NCBI GenBank assembly: GCA_965658385.1
Contig: CBFHRY010000003.1
Span: 1,743 to 55,592, forward strand
Length of the DNA: 53,850 nt
Direction of reading: 5' to 3'
Source: Gammaproteobacteria bacterium
GTDB lineage: Bacteria; Pseudomonadota; Gammaproteobacteria; Magnimaribacterales; D2472
Shown: positions 18,679-27,087 of the stretch, one piece after another
Numbering within the stretch: position 1 is the first letter of the stretch
Layout of the letters: every line of letters begins with the position of its first letter
The notes under the pieces: model-generated
The model's input: the letters and a program-made list of their open reading frames with translations, nothing else
Database searches by the model: none
Told to the model about the DNA's origin: nothing
Position numbers and translations under genes: made by a program

Positions 18679-19080
18679 ATGATGTTTAATCACATAATGT
18701 TGGGAGCGACCAACATAGAAGAGTCTAGAAAATTTTATGATGCTACTCTTGGAGTATTAGGAGTTAAGCCTGGTCTAAAGCATGTAGGACATGGCGGAGT
18801 GGTTAGATATATGTACTTCCTTGGAGGGGTTACTTTTTTAATATCTGAACCTTTAGATGGCAATCCAGCCTCACATGGAAATGGAGCAACGATTGGGTTT
18901 AAAGCAGAAGATGGCGATACCATTAACGAATGGCATAAAGTTGGCCAAGAAAATGGAGGCACACCTTGTGAAGACCCTCCTGGAGTAAGAGAGGGCGGAG
19001 GGATTAAGGCATATTTAGGATATTTGCGTGACCCATCAAATAACAAAATCTGTGCCATGTGCAATCTTCCAAAATCTTAA
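18679..19080 (+). CDS. VOC family protein (glyoxalase-like)
   Basis: 133 aa. FNHIMLGATNIEESRKFYDATLGVLG. Confidence 0.75.
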   Translation: MMFNHIMLGATNIEESRKFYDATLGVLGVKPGLKHVGHGGVVRYMYFLGGVTFLISEPLDGNPASHGNGATIGFKAEDGDTINEWHKVGQENGGTPCEDPPGVREGGGIKAYLGYLRDPSNNKICAMCNLPKS

Positions 19081-20276
19081 TGAAGCGTTATTTCTTAGTC
19101 TTAGGATTAATAGTTCTTTGTCTTGGGATTTTTTATGGGCCAAATATAATCCGATTAAATAATGTAATGAATTTATATAATGAAGATAGGATTGCTCATA
19201 ACTTTATAAATATGAAAGATCTATTTCATCACACAGATAACATCAAGGCTTCTGATAGTCCGTATATATTTCAAAAAGCTATGTATGAGCTTCCTGAGAC
19301 CTATAACAATAATGGACAAGAATACAATTTAGTAGACGCATTAGCCCATTACAAGACAGATGGACTAATTGTTCTAAAAGATGGCGTTATGCTTTATGAG
19401 AATTATTGGAACGGTAATGATGTTTCTAGCCAGCACATTTCATGGTCAGTTGCAAAATCATTTTTATCTGCGCTTGTTGGTATCGCTATAGAGGACGGTC
19501 TTATAGAAAGCATCGATGATCCGATAACAAAGTACTTGGAAGACTTTAAAGGTACTGGCTATGATGGGGTATCGATTAAAAATCTTTTACAAATGTCTTC
19601 TGGGATTAAGTTTGATGAAGACTATGGGGACCCTGAATCAGACATCAATAAGTTTGGAGAAGCCGTAGCCCTTGGAAAGCCCTTTAGAGATTTCGCTAAA
19701 ACTCTCGAGAATGAAAGGAGGCCAGGAACATATAATCAGTATGTAAGCATAGACTCACAAATGCTAGGGATGCTCTTAATGGAAGTAACAAATAAACCTC
19801 TTGAAGAATATTTGTATGAAGAAATTTGGAGCCAGATAGGCATGGAGGGTGAGGCTTATTATCTTACAGATTCTGTTGGTGATGCTATGGCTCTGGGAGG
19901 CTTAAATGCCACTCTAAGAGACTACGCAAAGTTTGGGCAACTATATTTAAATAAAGGCTTATGGGAAGGACAGCAGATAGTTCCAACCAAGTGGGTCAAA
20001 GCATCACATAGTCCGGATGCTCCTCATCTCCAACCGATGGCTGGTGAATTGTCATCTGACACTTGGGGGTATGGATATCAATGGTGGGTGCCTGGATTTC
20101 CCAGCACAGACTATACAGCTGCTGGAGTTTATAACCAGTATATTTATATTGATCCAGTTACCAATGTTGTAATAGCTAAAACTTCGTCTAATCATAGATT
20201 TACATCTGAAAGACCCGAATCAAAAGATGCTCACATTGCTATGTTTAGAGCAATTGCACAATCAACCGTCAATTAA
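19080..20276 (+). CDS. serine hydrolase of the beta-lactamase/transpeptidase fold
   Basis: SxxK motif (SVAK). I prefer the ATG at 19080 (MKRYFLVLGLIVLCLG signal/anchor), which overlaps the upstream stop by 1 nt. The ORF track starts at 19059. Confidence 0.8.
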   Translation: MKRYFLVLGLIVLCLGIFYGPNIIRLNNVMNLYNEDRIAHNFINMKDLFHHTDNIKASDSPYIFQKAMYELPETYNNNGQEYNLVDALAHYKTDGLIVLKDGVMLYENYWNGNDVSSQHISWSVAKSFLSALVGIAIEDGLIESIDDPITKYLEDFKGTGYDGVSIKNLLQMSSGIKFDEDYGDPESDINKFGEAVALGKPFRDFAKTLENERRPGTYNQYVSIDSQMLGMLLMEVTNKPLEEYLYEEIWSQIGMEGEAYYLTDSVGDAMALGGLNATLRDYAKFGQLYLNKGLWEGQQIVPTKWVKASHSPDAPHLQPMAGELSSDTWGYGYQWWVPGFPSTDYTAAGVYNQYIYIDPVTNVVIAKTSSNHRFTSERPESKDAHIAMFRAIAQSTVN

Positions 20277-20291
20277 ATTAAGGAGACTAAA

Positions 20292-20600
20292 ATGGAAAAA
20301 AGGTACACAAATTTTAAAGATTTTTATCCATACTACTTATCTGAGCATAGCCACAAAACCACAAAACTTCTTCATTTTATTGGCACTTCAATATCGTTAT
20401 ATTTCTTGTTTAATTTTTTTAGAACATTTGATTTTGTATATATTATATTAAGTCTCTTGAGCGGTTATGGGCTTGCATGGATAAGCCATTTTTTTATTGA
20501 AAAAAACAAACCTGCAACCTTTAAATACCCTTTTTATAGCTTTATTGGTGACCATTTGATGTTTATAGAAATTATCATGGGAAAACATAAGATTCTTTAG
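20292..20600 (+). CDS. DUF962 (Mpo1-like) membrane protein
   Basis: FKDFYPYYLSEHSHKTTKLLHFIGT and WISHFFIEKNKPATFKYP are characteristic of DUF962. Confidence 0.75.
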   Translation: MEKRYTNFKDFYPYYLSEHSHKTTKLLHFIGTSISLYFLFNFFRTFDFVYIILSLLSGYGLAWISHFFIEKNKPATFKYPFYSFIGDHLMFIEIIMGKHKIL

Positions 20601-20602
20601 GT

Positions 20603-21421
20603 ATGGAAACCTATCAAATAATCGTTTTGATAATATTTTTTTCCATTGTTTGTTTGGAAATGGTTTTTACTAATTTTTTTAATAAAGAAAATCAGAGAGC
20701 GAAAGATGGTGTTGTTGAGTTTTTTAGCTTTTTCCAAGTTCTATTTTTTGCTCAACCCCTTGCTTTTTTATTGGCCTATGGTTTAGCTGACACTCTAGCT
20801 CCAGAGACCAAAGGGATAATTGCTGACTGGAGTGTATTTGCAATCTTCGGTCTATTGCTAATATTTGACGATCTAACTCAATATGCGTGGCACAGGCTCT
20901 GTCACTCTGTTCCAATTCTCTACAATCTTCACAGGCCGCACCATGATCCAGAATATTTATCTATAAGAGTAGTTTATAGAAATGGATTGTTCTACTACCT
21001 CTTAATGCCAGGCCTATGGTTTGCAGGTATTTTATTTTATATGGGATCAGGTTGGGTATATGCTTTTTACATTGTGCTTAAGCAAGTTGTTATCTTTGGG
21101 GCGCATACTGATCTTAGGTGGGATAAAAAGCTATATGAGATTAGATGGATGCATCCAATAATGTGGGTGCTTGAGAGAACAATTTCAACCCCATCAACAC
21201 ATTGGGCTCATCATGGAAAGTATGCCTCAGATGAAAATACTCATTACAAAGGAAACTATGGAAATTTATTATTTATTTGGGATATGATTTTTGGTACCGC
21301 AAAGATAACTAGAAAATATCCTAAACAAATCGGCGTAGAAAATCTTTTTGATGCGCCTATAAGCTATCAATTGTTATGGCCTATATTTAAGGCGCCTGGT
21401 TCAAACAAGCAAAACAAGTAG
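20603..21421 (+). CDS. fatty acid hydroxylase / sterol desaturase superfamily membrane di-iron enzyme
   Basis: Histidine boxes HRLCH, HRPHH and HWAHHG. Only a 2-nt gap from DUF962. Confidence 0.8.
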   Translation: METYQIIVLIIFFSIVCLEMVFTNFFNKENQRAKDGVVEFFSFFQVLFFAQPLAFLLAYGLADTLAPETKGIIADWSVFAIFGLLLIFDDLTQYAWHRLCHSVPILYNLHRPHHDPEYLSIRVVYRNGLFYYLLMPGLWFAGILFYMGSGWVYAFYIVLKQVVIFGAHTDLRWDKKLYEIRWMHPIMWVLERTISTPSTHWAHHGKYASDENTHYKGNYGNLLFIWDMIFGTAKITRKYPKQIGVENLFDAPISYQLLWPIFKAPGSNKQNK

Positions 21422-21422
21422 A

Positions 21423-22214
21423 GTGACACAAACGATTGACCCCTTTTTTTGGCAAGACCCACCATGGTATGAGGGTAAGCCAAAATACAGATTGGGACTT
21501 CAACCAATTCCACGTTCAGAATGGCTGGATAATAAAATAAATCCAAGCCTTCATGAACACAAGAAAAATTTATTAGAGGCCTCATATAATACAGTTGTTG
21601 CAACTATAGATGGTTCTGAAGAAGCCCAAGACATTCTCAATAACTTTATAAAAGCAAATACTAAAAACTACCCTGATCTAATAGCTGATATGAGTCTTAT
21701 GATTCAAGATGATTTATGCATAGTAAGATCCGATGGCGATCAAGAGCTTATTGCCGCATGCGTTTGTTCCCCAAGTTATTGGAATGTTCAGTCCAAGATT
21801 GGCAAATCTCTTCATAATATCCATGATCCAGTTTCAACATTAAATGAAAAGATCGGAGAGAGAATATCTAAATTCATTAGACAGTCCCCACCCATGAAGC
21901 CATTTAAAAGACAAAATTGGCTTGTTCACGGAGATACAGATCGGTTTCATTTAAGAGAAGAGGGCGAACTTAATCCCAATCCTGAAACTTGGTTTATTAG
22001 GTCAGAAAAAGAAACCTTGTGCAGGTTTCATGAGAAATACTCTCTGTTTACCATTAATCTAATGTTTCAGCCCTTGCATGCCATTTTCAAATTTCCCAAA
22101 GCTAGAAATGACTTGATAGAAAGCATAAAAACCTTTGATGATGATGAAATAGAATACTTTGGCGGCAAGAAAAAGATAAGAATTTTACAAAATTACCTAT
22201 CAGGTAAATTATAG
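21423..22214 (+). CDS. DUF3445 family protein (heme-dependent oxidative N-demethylase-like)
   Basis: GTG start 1 nt after the upstream stop. Core LIAACVCSPSYWNVQSKIGKSLHNIHDPV matches the DUF3445 signature. Confidence 0.7.
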   Translation: MTQTIDPFFWQDPPWYEGKPKYRLGLQPIPRSEWLDNKINPSLHEHKKNLLEASYNTVVATIDGSEEAQDILNNFIKANTKNYPDLIADMSLMIQDDLCIVRSDGDQELIAACVCSPSYWNVQSKIGKSLHNIHDPVSTLNEKIGERISKFIRQSPPMKPFKRQNWLVHGDTDRFHLREEGELNPNPETWFIRSEKETLCRFHEKYSLFTINLMFQPLHAIFKFPKARNDLIESIKTFDDDEIEYFGGKKKIRILQNYLSGKL

Positions 22215-22248
22215 TAAGATAGAAAAACACTATGTAAATAGGGGGCAT

Positions 22249-22749
22249 ATGTTTGGTGGAATTTCTTTAATTGGATGGTTTCATACTATTCTTGGAACGG
22301 CAGCAATAGTTGTAGGCCTTTATCTTCTTATAAGATATAAGTTTATCTATATAGACAACAAGCTTGCATATTTTTATTTAATCAGCACGTTGCTAACATG
22401 TGGGTCTTCATTTCTTTTATATGGGGCAACGGGTTCTTTTAATACTGCGCATTGGCTCTCTGTGATCACAATTCTTGCAGTGCTCTTTGCATGGGTATTA
22501 GAGAGATTCAATATCTTTGGTTTTTTAAATATTTACTTAAAACAATTAGCCTTAACTGGAACGGTATTCTTTAGCATGCTCCCTACAACTGCAGAGGTAT
22601 TGCAAAGGCTGCCACTAAGCGATCCCTTTGTTGATTCGATTGAAGACCCCTTGGTTATTAATTTCTATATGGCATACGTTATAATCTTTGGTCTATTTGG
22701 TCTTTATCAAATATTTAGAATATCTAAAGGTAGAATTAATGGATCATGA
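22249..22749 (+). CDS. membrane protein of unknown function
   Basis: 166 aa with about 5 TM helices. GGGGG Shine-Dalgarno-like tract upstream. Confidence 0.65.
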   Translation: MFGGISLIGWFHTILGTAAIVVGLYLLIRYKFIYIDNKLAYFYLISTLLTCGSSFLLYGATGSFNTAHWLSVITILAVLFAWVLERFNIFGFLNIYLKQLALTGTVFFSMLPTTAEVLQRLPLSDPFVDSIEDPLVINFYMAYVIIFGLFGLYQIFRISKGRINGS

Positions 22750-24112
22750 TGCCTATAAGAAAATAGTTCAGAAATCTAAGGATATTTCGTTTGAGTGGAG
22801 GAAGGTTCCAGCACCTCAAAGAGGCGAAATAATTAGACAGTTCGGTGATGAGCTTAGAGTTAGAAAAAAAGTTCTTGCTGAAATCATAACTATTGAAGCA
22901 AGAAAAATAGCTTCTGAAGCCGAGGGCGAAGTTCAAGAAGCCATAGATATGTGCGATTTTGCAACCGGCCTTAGCAGACAGCTTTATGGTTTGACTATGC
23001 CAAGCGAAAGACCCGAGCATAGACTTCAAGAGATTTGGCAGCCCATAGGAGTGGTCGGGTGCATAACTGCTTTCAATTTTCCAATGGCTGTATTCGCATG
23101 GAATTTTTGTTTAGCAGCAGTATGCGGCAACAGCATCATTTGGAAACCAAGCCCTCACTCAAATCAATGTGCTTTTGCCATAAAAGAGGCCTGGGATAAA
23201 GTTGCGCGAGAATATAAAGATTTAGTTCAAATATTAACTGGAGGCAATGAAGAGGCCATTGCTTTATGTAAAGATAACAACCTTCCGTTAATCTCTGCAA
23301 CAGGGAGCACTCAAATGGGCAAGGAGCTTGCACCTTTAGTTGCAGCAAGACTTGGAAGAACTTTACTTGAGCTGGGCGGAAATAATGCAGCTATAGTTTG
23401 TCCGACCGCTGATCTTGACCTGACTGTAAAAGGAGTAACTTTTTCGGCTTGTGGCACAACTGGCCAAAGGTGCACTAGCTTGCGACGTTTATTTGTTCAT
23501 GAAAACATATATGAAACATTTATGGAAAAGCTATTTGCTTATTACCAAACTTTAACAATTGGCGATCCCTCAAATGCTTCCTCTCAGCTTGGCCCATTAA
23601 TTTCAGAAGAGAGCTTTAGATCAATGCAAGCAATAATTGCGTCGCTTCAAGAAAGGGGCATAAAAGTTATTGGGGGATCTAGACTTGATATTGAAGACCC
23701 TAAAGAATTTTATGTTGAGCCAGCAATTGTTGAGGTGGACAGTATTATTGATGAAATGATGAATGAAACGTTTGCCCCAATTTTGTATGTTAAAAAATTC
23801 AATAAACTAACAGATGCAATCAATATGCAAAATGATGTGGCGCAGGGACTAAGTAGTTCTATTTTCACAAACGATCTAAGAGAGTCAGAGTTATTTTTAA
23901 GTTCCGAGGGGAGTGACTGTGGAATTGCAAACGTAAATATAGGCACCAGCGGAGCTGAAATAGGTGGAGCCTTTGGTGGTGAAAAAGATACAGGTGGCGG
24001 AAGAGAGTCTGGATCAGATGCCTGGAAAACTTACATGAGGAGAGTTACAGCTACAGTAAATCATGGTTCTGAATTACCACTTGCTCAAGGAGTAGAGTTT
24101 GATGAAAAATAA
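22739..24112 (+). CDS. ALDH7-family aldehyde dehydrogenase (alpha-aminoadipic semialdehyde / piperideine-6-carboxylate dehydrogenase-like)
   Basis: Strong ALDH7 signatures: PAPQRGEIIRQ, ELGGNNA, GTTGQRCTSLRRL (catalytic Cys), and GAEIGGAFGGEKDTGGGRESGSDAWKTYMRR. I prefer the ATG at 22739; the ORF track starts at 22688. Confidence 0.88.
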   Translation: MDHDAYKKIVQKSKDISFEWRKVPAPQRGEIIRQFGDELRVRKKVLAEIITIEARKIASEAEGEVQEAIDMCDFATGLSRQLYGLTMPSERPEHRLQEIWQPIGVVGCITAFNFPMAVFAWNFCLAAVCGNSIIWKPSPHSNQCAFAIKEAWDKVAREYKDLVQILTGGNEEAIALCKDNNLPLISATGSTQMGKELAPLVAARLGRTLLELGGNNAAIVCPTADLDLTVKGVTFSACGTTGQRCTSLRRLFVHENIYETFMEKLFAYYQTLTIGDPSNASSQLGPLISEESFRSMQAIIASLQERGIKVIGGSRLDIEDPKEFYVEPAIVEVDSIIDEMMNETFAPILYVKKFNKLTDAINMQNDVAQGLSSSIFTNDLRESELFLSSEGSDCGIANVNIGTSGAEIGGAFGGEKDTGGGRESGSDAWKTYMRRVTATVNHGSELPLAQGVEFDEK

Positions 24113-25109
24113 GGTCGCAATAATTGGGAAGGGGAACATTGGGTGGGCCATTAAAGAGCTCTTAAAGGACACATACGAAATTAAACAAGGAGATATAACA
24201 GAAGGTTTTGATGCAAGAGACATCAATCAAGTTAAAGATTTTTTAAAAGATATAGATGCTGTTATCTCAGCCGGCCCCTTTGCAATAAATAAAAACATAG
24301 GGACTGTTGCAGCAGAACTCAACATAGGATATTTTGACCTAACCGAAGATGTTGAGACAACTGATTTTATTAGAGGCATACAATCACAAAATGTGATGAT
24401 GCCACAATGCGGATTAGCTCCAGGTGCTATAAATATATGTGCTGCATCTTTAATGAAAGACTTTGATCATGTTTCAGAGGTTATGATGAGAGTGGGAGCA
24501 TTACCTAGATTCACCACAAATGAAATGAGCTATTATTTAAGTTGGTCCACAAATGGATTAATCAATGAGTACTGTAATGAGGCGGATGCTATTTATGAAG
24601 GGAAGTGTATCAAGGTTATGCCTTTAGAGGGCGCTGAAAAAATGATAATAGAAGGAGAGAGCTACGAAGCCTTTAATACTAGTGGAGGTTGCGCCACAAT
24701 GTGTGAAACGTATGAGAACAAAGTTGACAACCTGAGCTATAAAACAATCCGATACCCCGGCCATTTAAACCACATGAAATTTTTATTTAATGACCTGCAT
24801 CTTAAAAAAAACAAAGATGTGCTAGAAAAATTATTTGACAAAGAGGTCCCAAGAACAACAAACGATGTAATTATATTTTTCGTTAAAGTTATTGGAGAAA
24901 TAGATGGAATCCTTCAAGAAAAAACCTATTTAAGAAAAATCTATGGCGATGAAAGATTTAGTGCCATTCAGAGAACCACAGCATCCGGTGTTTGTAGCTG
25001 TTTAGAAATGTATTTCAAAAATCAAATACCCAAAAGAGGATTCACAAAGCAGGAATCTATATTATGGGAGGACTTTACTTCAAACCAGTTTGGTAAAGTT
25101 TATTTGTAA
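24099..25109 (+). CDS. saccharopine dehydrogenase-family NAD(P)-binding protein (possible lysine dehydrogenase)
   Basis: N-terminal Rossmann motif VAIIGKGNIG. Family-level resemblance only. Overlaps the ALDH7 stop by 14 nt. Confidence 0.65.
   Translation: MMKNKVAIIGKGNIGWAIKELLKDTYEIKQGDITEGFDARDINQVKDFLKDIDAVISAGPFAINKNIGTVAAELNIGYFDLTEDVETTDFIRGIQSQNVMMPQCGLAPGAINICAASLMKDFDHVSEVMMRVGALPRFTTNEMSYYLSWSTNGLINEYCNEADAIYEGKCIKVMPLEGAEKMIIEGESYEAFNTSGGCATMCETYENKVDNLSYKTIRYPGHLNHMKFLFNDLHLKKNKDVLEKLFDKEVPRTTNDVIIFFVKVIGEIDGILQEKTYLRKIYGDERFSAIQRTTASGVCSCLEMYFKNQIPKRGFTKQESILWEDFTSNQFGKVYL
25093..25106 (+). repeat. left arm of a perfect 14-bp inverted repeat (gtaaagtttatttg)
   Basis: Exact reverse complement of 25805-25818. 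Encodes the last codons (K-V-Y-L) of the 24099-25109 gene. Confidence 0.85.
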
Positions 25110-25110
25110 T

Positions 25111-25305
25111 CTAATCTTTAAATATAAATATCTCTTCAAGAGAGACTTTAAAAAATCTAGTCAGCCCAATAGTTAATGAGAGGGAGGGATCAAACTTTCC
25201 ATTTTCAATTGAATTAATGGTTTGTCTGCTAACATTTAGCTGGTGCGCCAAGTCGCCTTGACTAATGCCTCTAGCTTTTCTTAGCTTCTTAAGATTATTG
25301 TCCAT
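25111..25305 (-). CDS. small XRE-family helix-turn-helix transcriptional regulator (copy 3)
   Basis: 64 aa from the ATG at 25305 (MDNNLKKLRKARGISQGDLAHQLNVSRQTINSIENGKF...). Same architecture as copies A and B. The ORF track extends to 25344. Confidence 0.85.
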   Translation of the reverse strand: MDNNLKKLRKARGISQGDLAHQLNVSRQTINSIENGKFDPSLSLTIGLTRFFKVSLEEIFIFKD

Positions 25306-25306
25306 G

Positions 25307-25759
25307 TTAGGAAAGATATGTTTTATGAAAACGATAACCACCAATTAAAGATCCAATTACAAAAGCTAAAAAGAACTCATAAAAAGAAGGCTTAAAGGCA
25401 AAATATGGTGAAAGTAGTGAAATAACAAGACCTAGGGCTATGAAAGATAAAGCCCCCCAGCTTAGTGTATATTCTTGATACCTTTTAAATAGCTCATCCT
25501 GAGTTTTATAAAATTTCATGTAATATATAACAGCCACTATCCACAAAACAACTATAGAAATTCTAATGAGAGTAAAGGTGCCGGATGTATCATTTATGTT
25601 CCCGATTGCCAATAATCCAATATCAGTTCCGCTCAAATGAATGCCCCAGCATAACGCGCCCAAAAGAAAAAACAGCATAGATAGCTTATAATTTTTTTTA
25701 TCTTCTTTATTAAGAGATTTTAAATCTACCCAGCCACCGTAAAATGTAATTTTAGCCAT
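25307..25759 (-). CDS. multi-pass membrane protein of unknown function, partner of HTH copy 3
   Basis: 150 aa with about 4 TM helices and a central charged loop (QDELFKRYQEY), as in the cassette A partner. Its stop lies 1 nt before the HTH ATG. Confidence 0.7.
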   Translation of the reverse strand: MAKITFYGGWVDLKSLNKEDKKNYKLSMLFFLLGALCWGIHLSGTDIGLLAIGNINDTSGTFTLIRISIVVLWIVAVIYYMKFYKTQDELFKRYQEYTLSWGALSFIALGLVISLLSPYFAFKPSFYEFFLAFVIGSLIGGYRFHKTYLS

Positions 25760-25777
25760 AATTGATTCCTCAAGACG

Positions 25778-25807
25778 ATTATAGGATTATAAAAAATATA
25801 ATGTCAA
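25778..25807 (-). promoter_or_regulatory. sigma-70-type promoter for the membrane/HTH operon
   Basis: On the minus strand: TTGACA (25802-25807), an 18-nt spacer, TATAAT (25778-25783), then GAGGA and ATG. The -35 element overlaps the right arm of the 14-bp inverted repeat. Confidence 0.6.
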
Positions 25808-25818
25808 ATAAACTTTAC
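25805..25818 (+). repeat. right arm of the perfect 14-bp inverted repeat (caaataaactttac)
   Basis: Reverse complement of 25093-25106. Also resembles the cassette A/B operator half-site (13/16 with aagtttacgttacatt). Confidence 0.85.
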
Positions 25819-25881
25819 ATATTTTTATCTAAATCTTAAAAAAAAAGTGAATTCTTATAAAAAAAATGCAATACTTTTACA

Positions 25882-26373
25882 ATGAAAAATAAACTATACA
25901 TTCTTCCGCTTGTTTTTGTTCTATTTGCTTCTAGCTGCGCATTAGTCACTGACGAGTATCAAGCCAATCAAAGAAAAGTAATAGCATATTTGTTAGAGGA
26001 TTTGCCACTTCCTGAGGATGCTGAAATTATCAAGGAGCCTACTGTGTTGCTGGGAACCGGAGAGGCAATTTCAGGCAGGATTATTCTTACTTCAAATTAC
26101 AGTCCAGCTGAAAATTTAATTTTTTATGGTACAGAAACTCTTTCAACAGGATGGAGGCTTGTTTCATCAAAAGTTGGGGAAGAGGTAACGCTTGTTTATG
26201 CAAAAAATGGAAGGTTTGCAACAATATATCTAAGCCCAAAAGAAACTGTTCAGGGTTTTATAACCGGAGACTATGGAAGTGACATAGATATTTCTGTTGT
26301 TCACCCAGATGCCATAGGTGTTCAAAATCCATATGATCAACTTCAATACGAGGAATTACCTGACTCTCCATAA
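25882..26373 (+). CDS. lipoprotein of unknown function
   Basis: Signal peptide with lipobox FASSC. Confidence 0.65.
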   Translation: MKNKLYILPLVFVLFASSCALVTDEYQANQRKVIAYLLEDLPLPEDAEIIKEPTVLLGTGEAISGRIILTSNYSPAENLIFYGTETLSTGWRLVSSKVGEEVTLVYAKNGRFATIYLSPKETVQGFITGDYGSDIDISVVHPDAIGVQNPYDQLQYEELPDSP

Positions 26374-26397
26374 TTCATAAGGGGAAATCAGTCTTTT

Positions 26398-27087
26398 ATG
26401 CAGCCGCTTAGTTTATTAAGCACTTCTCATATAGTAATTGTTTTTCTATGCTTGCTAGGAATTATTTACATTCCAAAGCTCTTTATCAATTCTAGTGAAA
26501 AGGCAAAAAAGAACCTGGCGTATGGAATTATATTTTTTATTTTGATTAATCAAGGCATGGATCTTTATAGAGAAGGTTACCTATCTGGGAATTGGAAATT
26601 GGGGTTACCTCTTCATCTGTGTGATTTCTCATCTTTCTCAATTTTGATTTATTTGCTAACCAAAAAAAGAGAGTTCTTTTTGTTTGCTTTTTTCTTTGGA
26701 ATAGCTGGCGGAGGCATGTCTATACTTACACCAGATGTAGAATATGGATTTCCATATGTTCCATATATACAAAATCAGATAGGTCATATGATGATTATCC
26801 TAGGGGTGTCTTATGCAATGATTTTGGATAACCAAAGACCGCATCTAAAGGACGTCCATAGAGTATTAATTTTTGGGACATTCTTATTGGGTTTCATGTA
26901 TGTCATAAATAACTTATTAGGGGAGCCCGCCAACTACTGGTTCTTAATGGAAAAACCTATTGGAGATAACGTAACAGCATTTATGCGACCAGCACCATTT
27001 CATATGATAGATATATACCTATTGGCAGTAATAGTATGTTATCTGATATACATGCCATATTATTTAAAAGACCGAAAACCTAAATAA
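26398..27087 (+). CDS. TIGR02206/YwaF-like integral membrane protein
   Basis: 229 aa, multi-TM, with the LPLHLCD motif typical of this family. Confidence 0.6.
   Translation: MQPLSLLSTSHIVIVFLCLLGIIYIPKLFINSSEKAKKNLAYGIIFFILINQGMDLYREGYLSGNWKLGLPLHLCDFSSFSILIYLLTKKREFFLFAFFFGIAGGGMSILTPDVEYGFPYVPYIQNQIGHMMIILGVSYAMILDNQRPHLKDVHRVLIFGTFLLGFMYVINNLLGEPANYWFLMEKPIGDNVTAFMRPAPFHMIDIYLLAVIVCYLIYMPYYLKDRKPK

Noticed and set aside
18735-19064. 109-aa minus-strand ORF inside the VOC gene
   Set aside because: It is a Pro/Ser/Gly-rich shadow of the VOC coding frame.
22688-22738. ORF-track 5' extensions of several genes (22688 ALDH7, 19059 hydrolase, 42932 TRAP SBP, 40811 RpiR, 25344 and 9067 HTH, 45705 DUF805, 47923 yaaA, 49559 crotonase)
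   Set aside because: In each case an internal ATG gives a family-typical N-terminus or signal peptide, a better ribosome-binding site, or removes an implausible overlap. The extensions add non-homologous residues.
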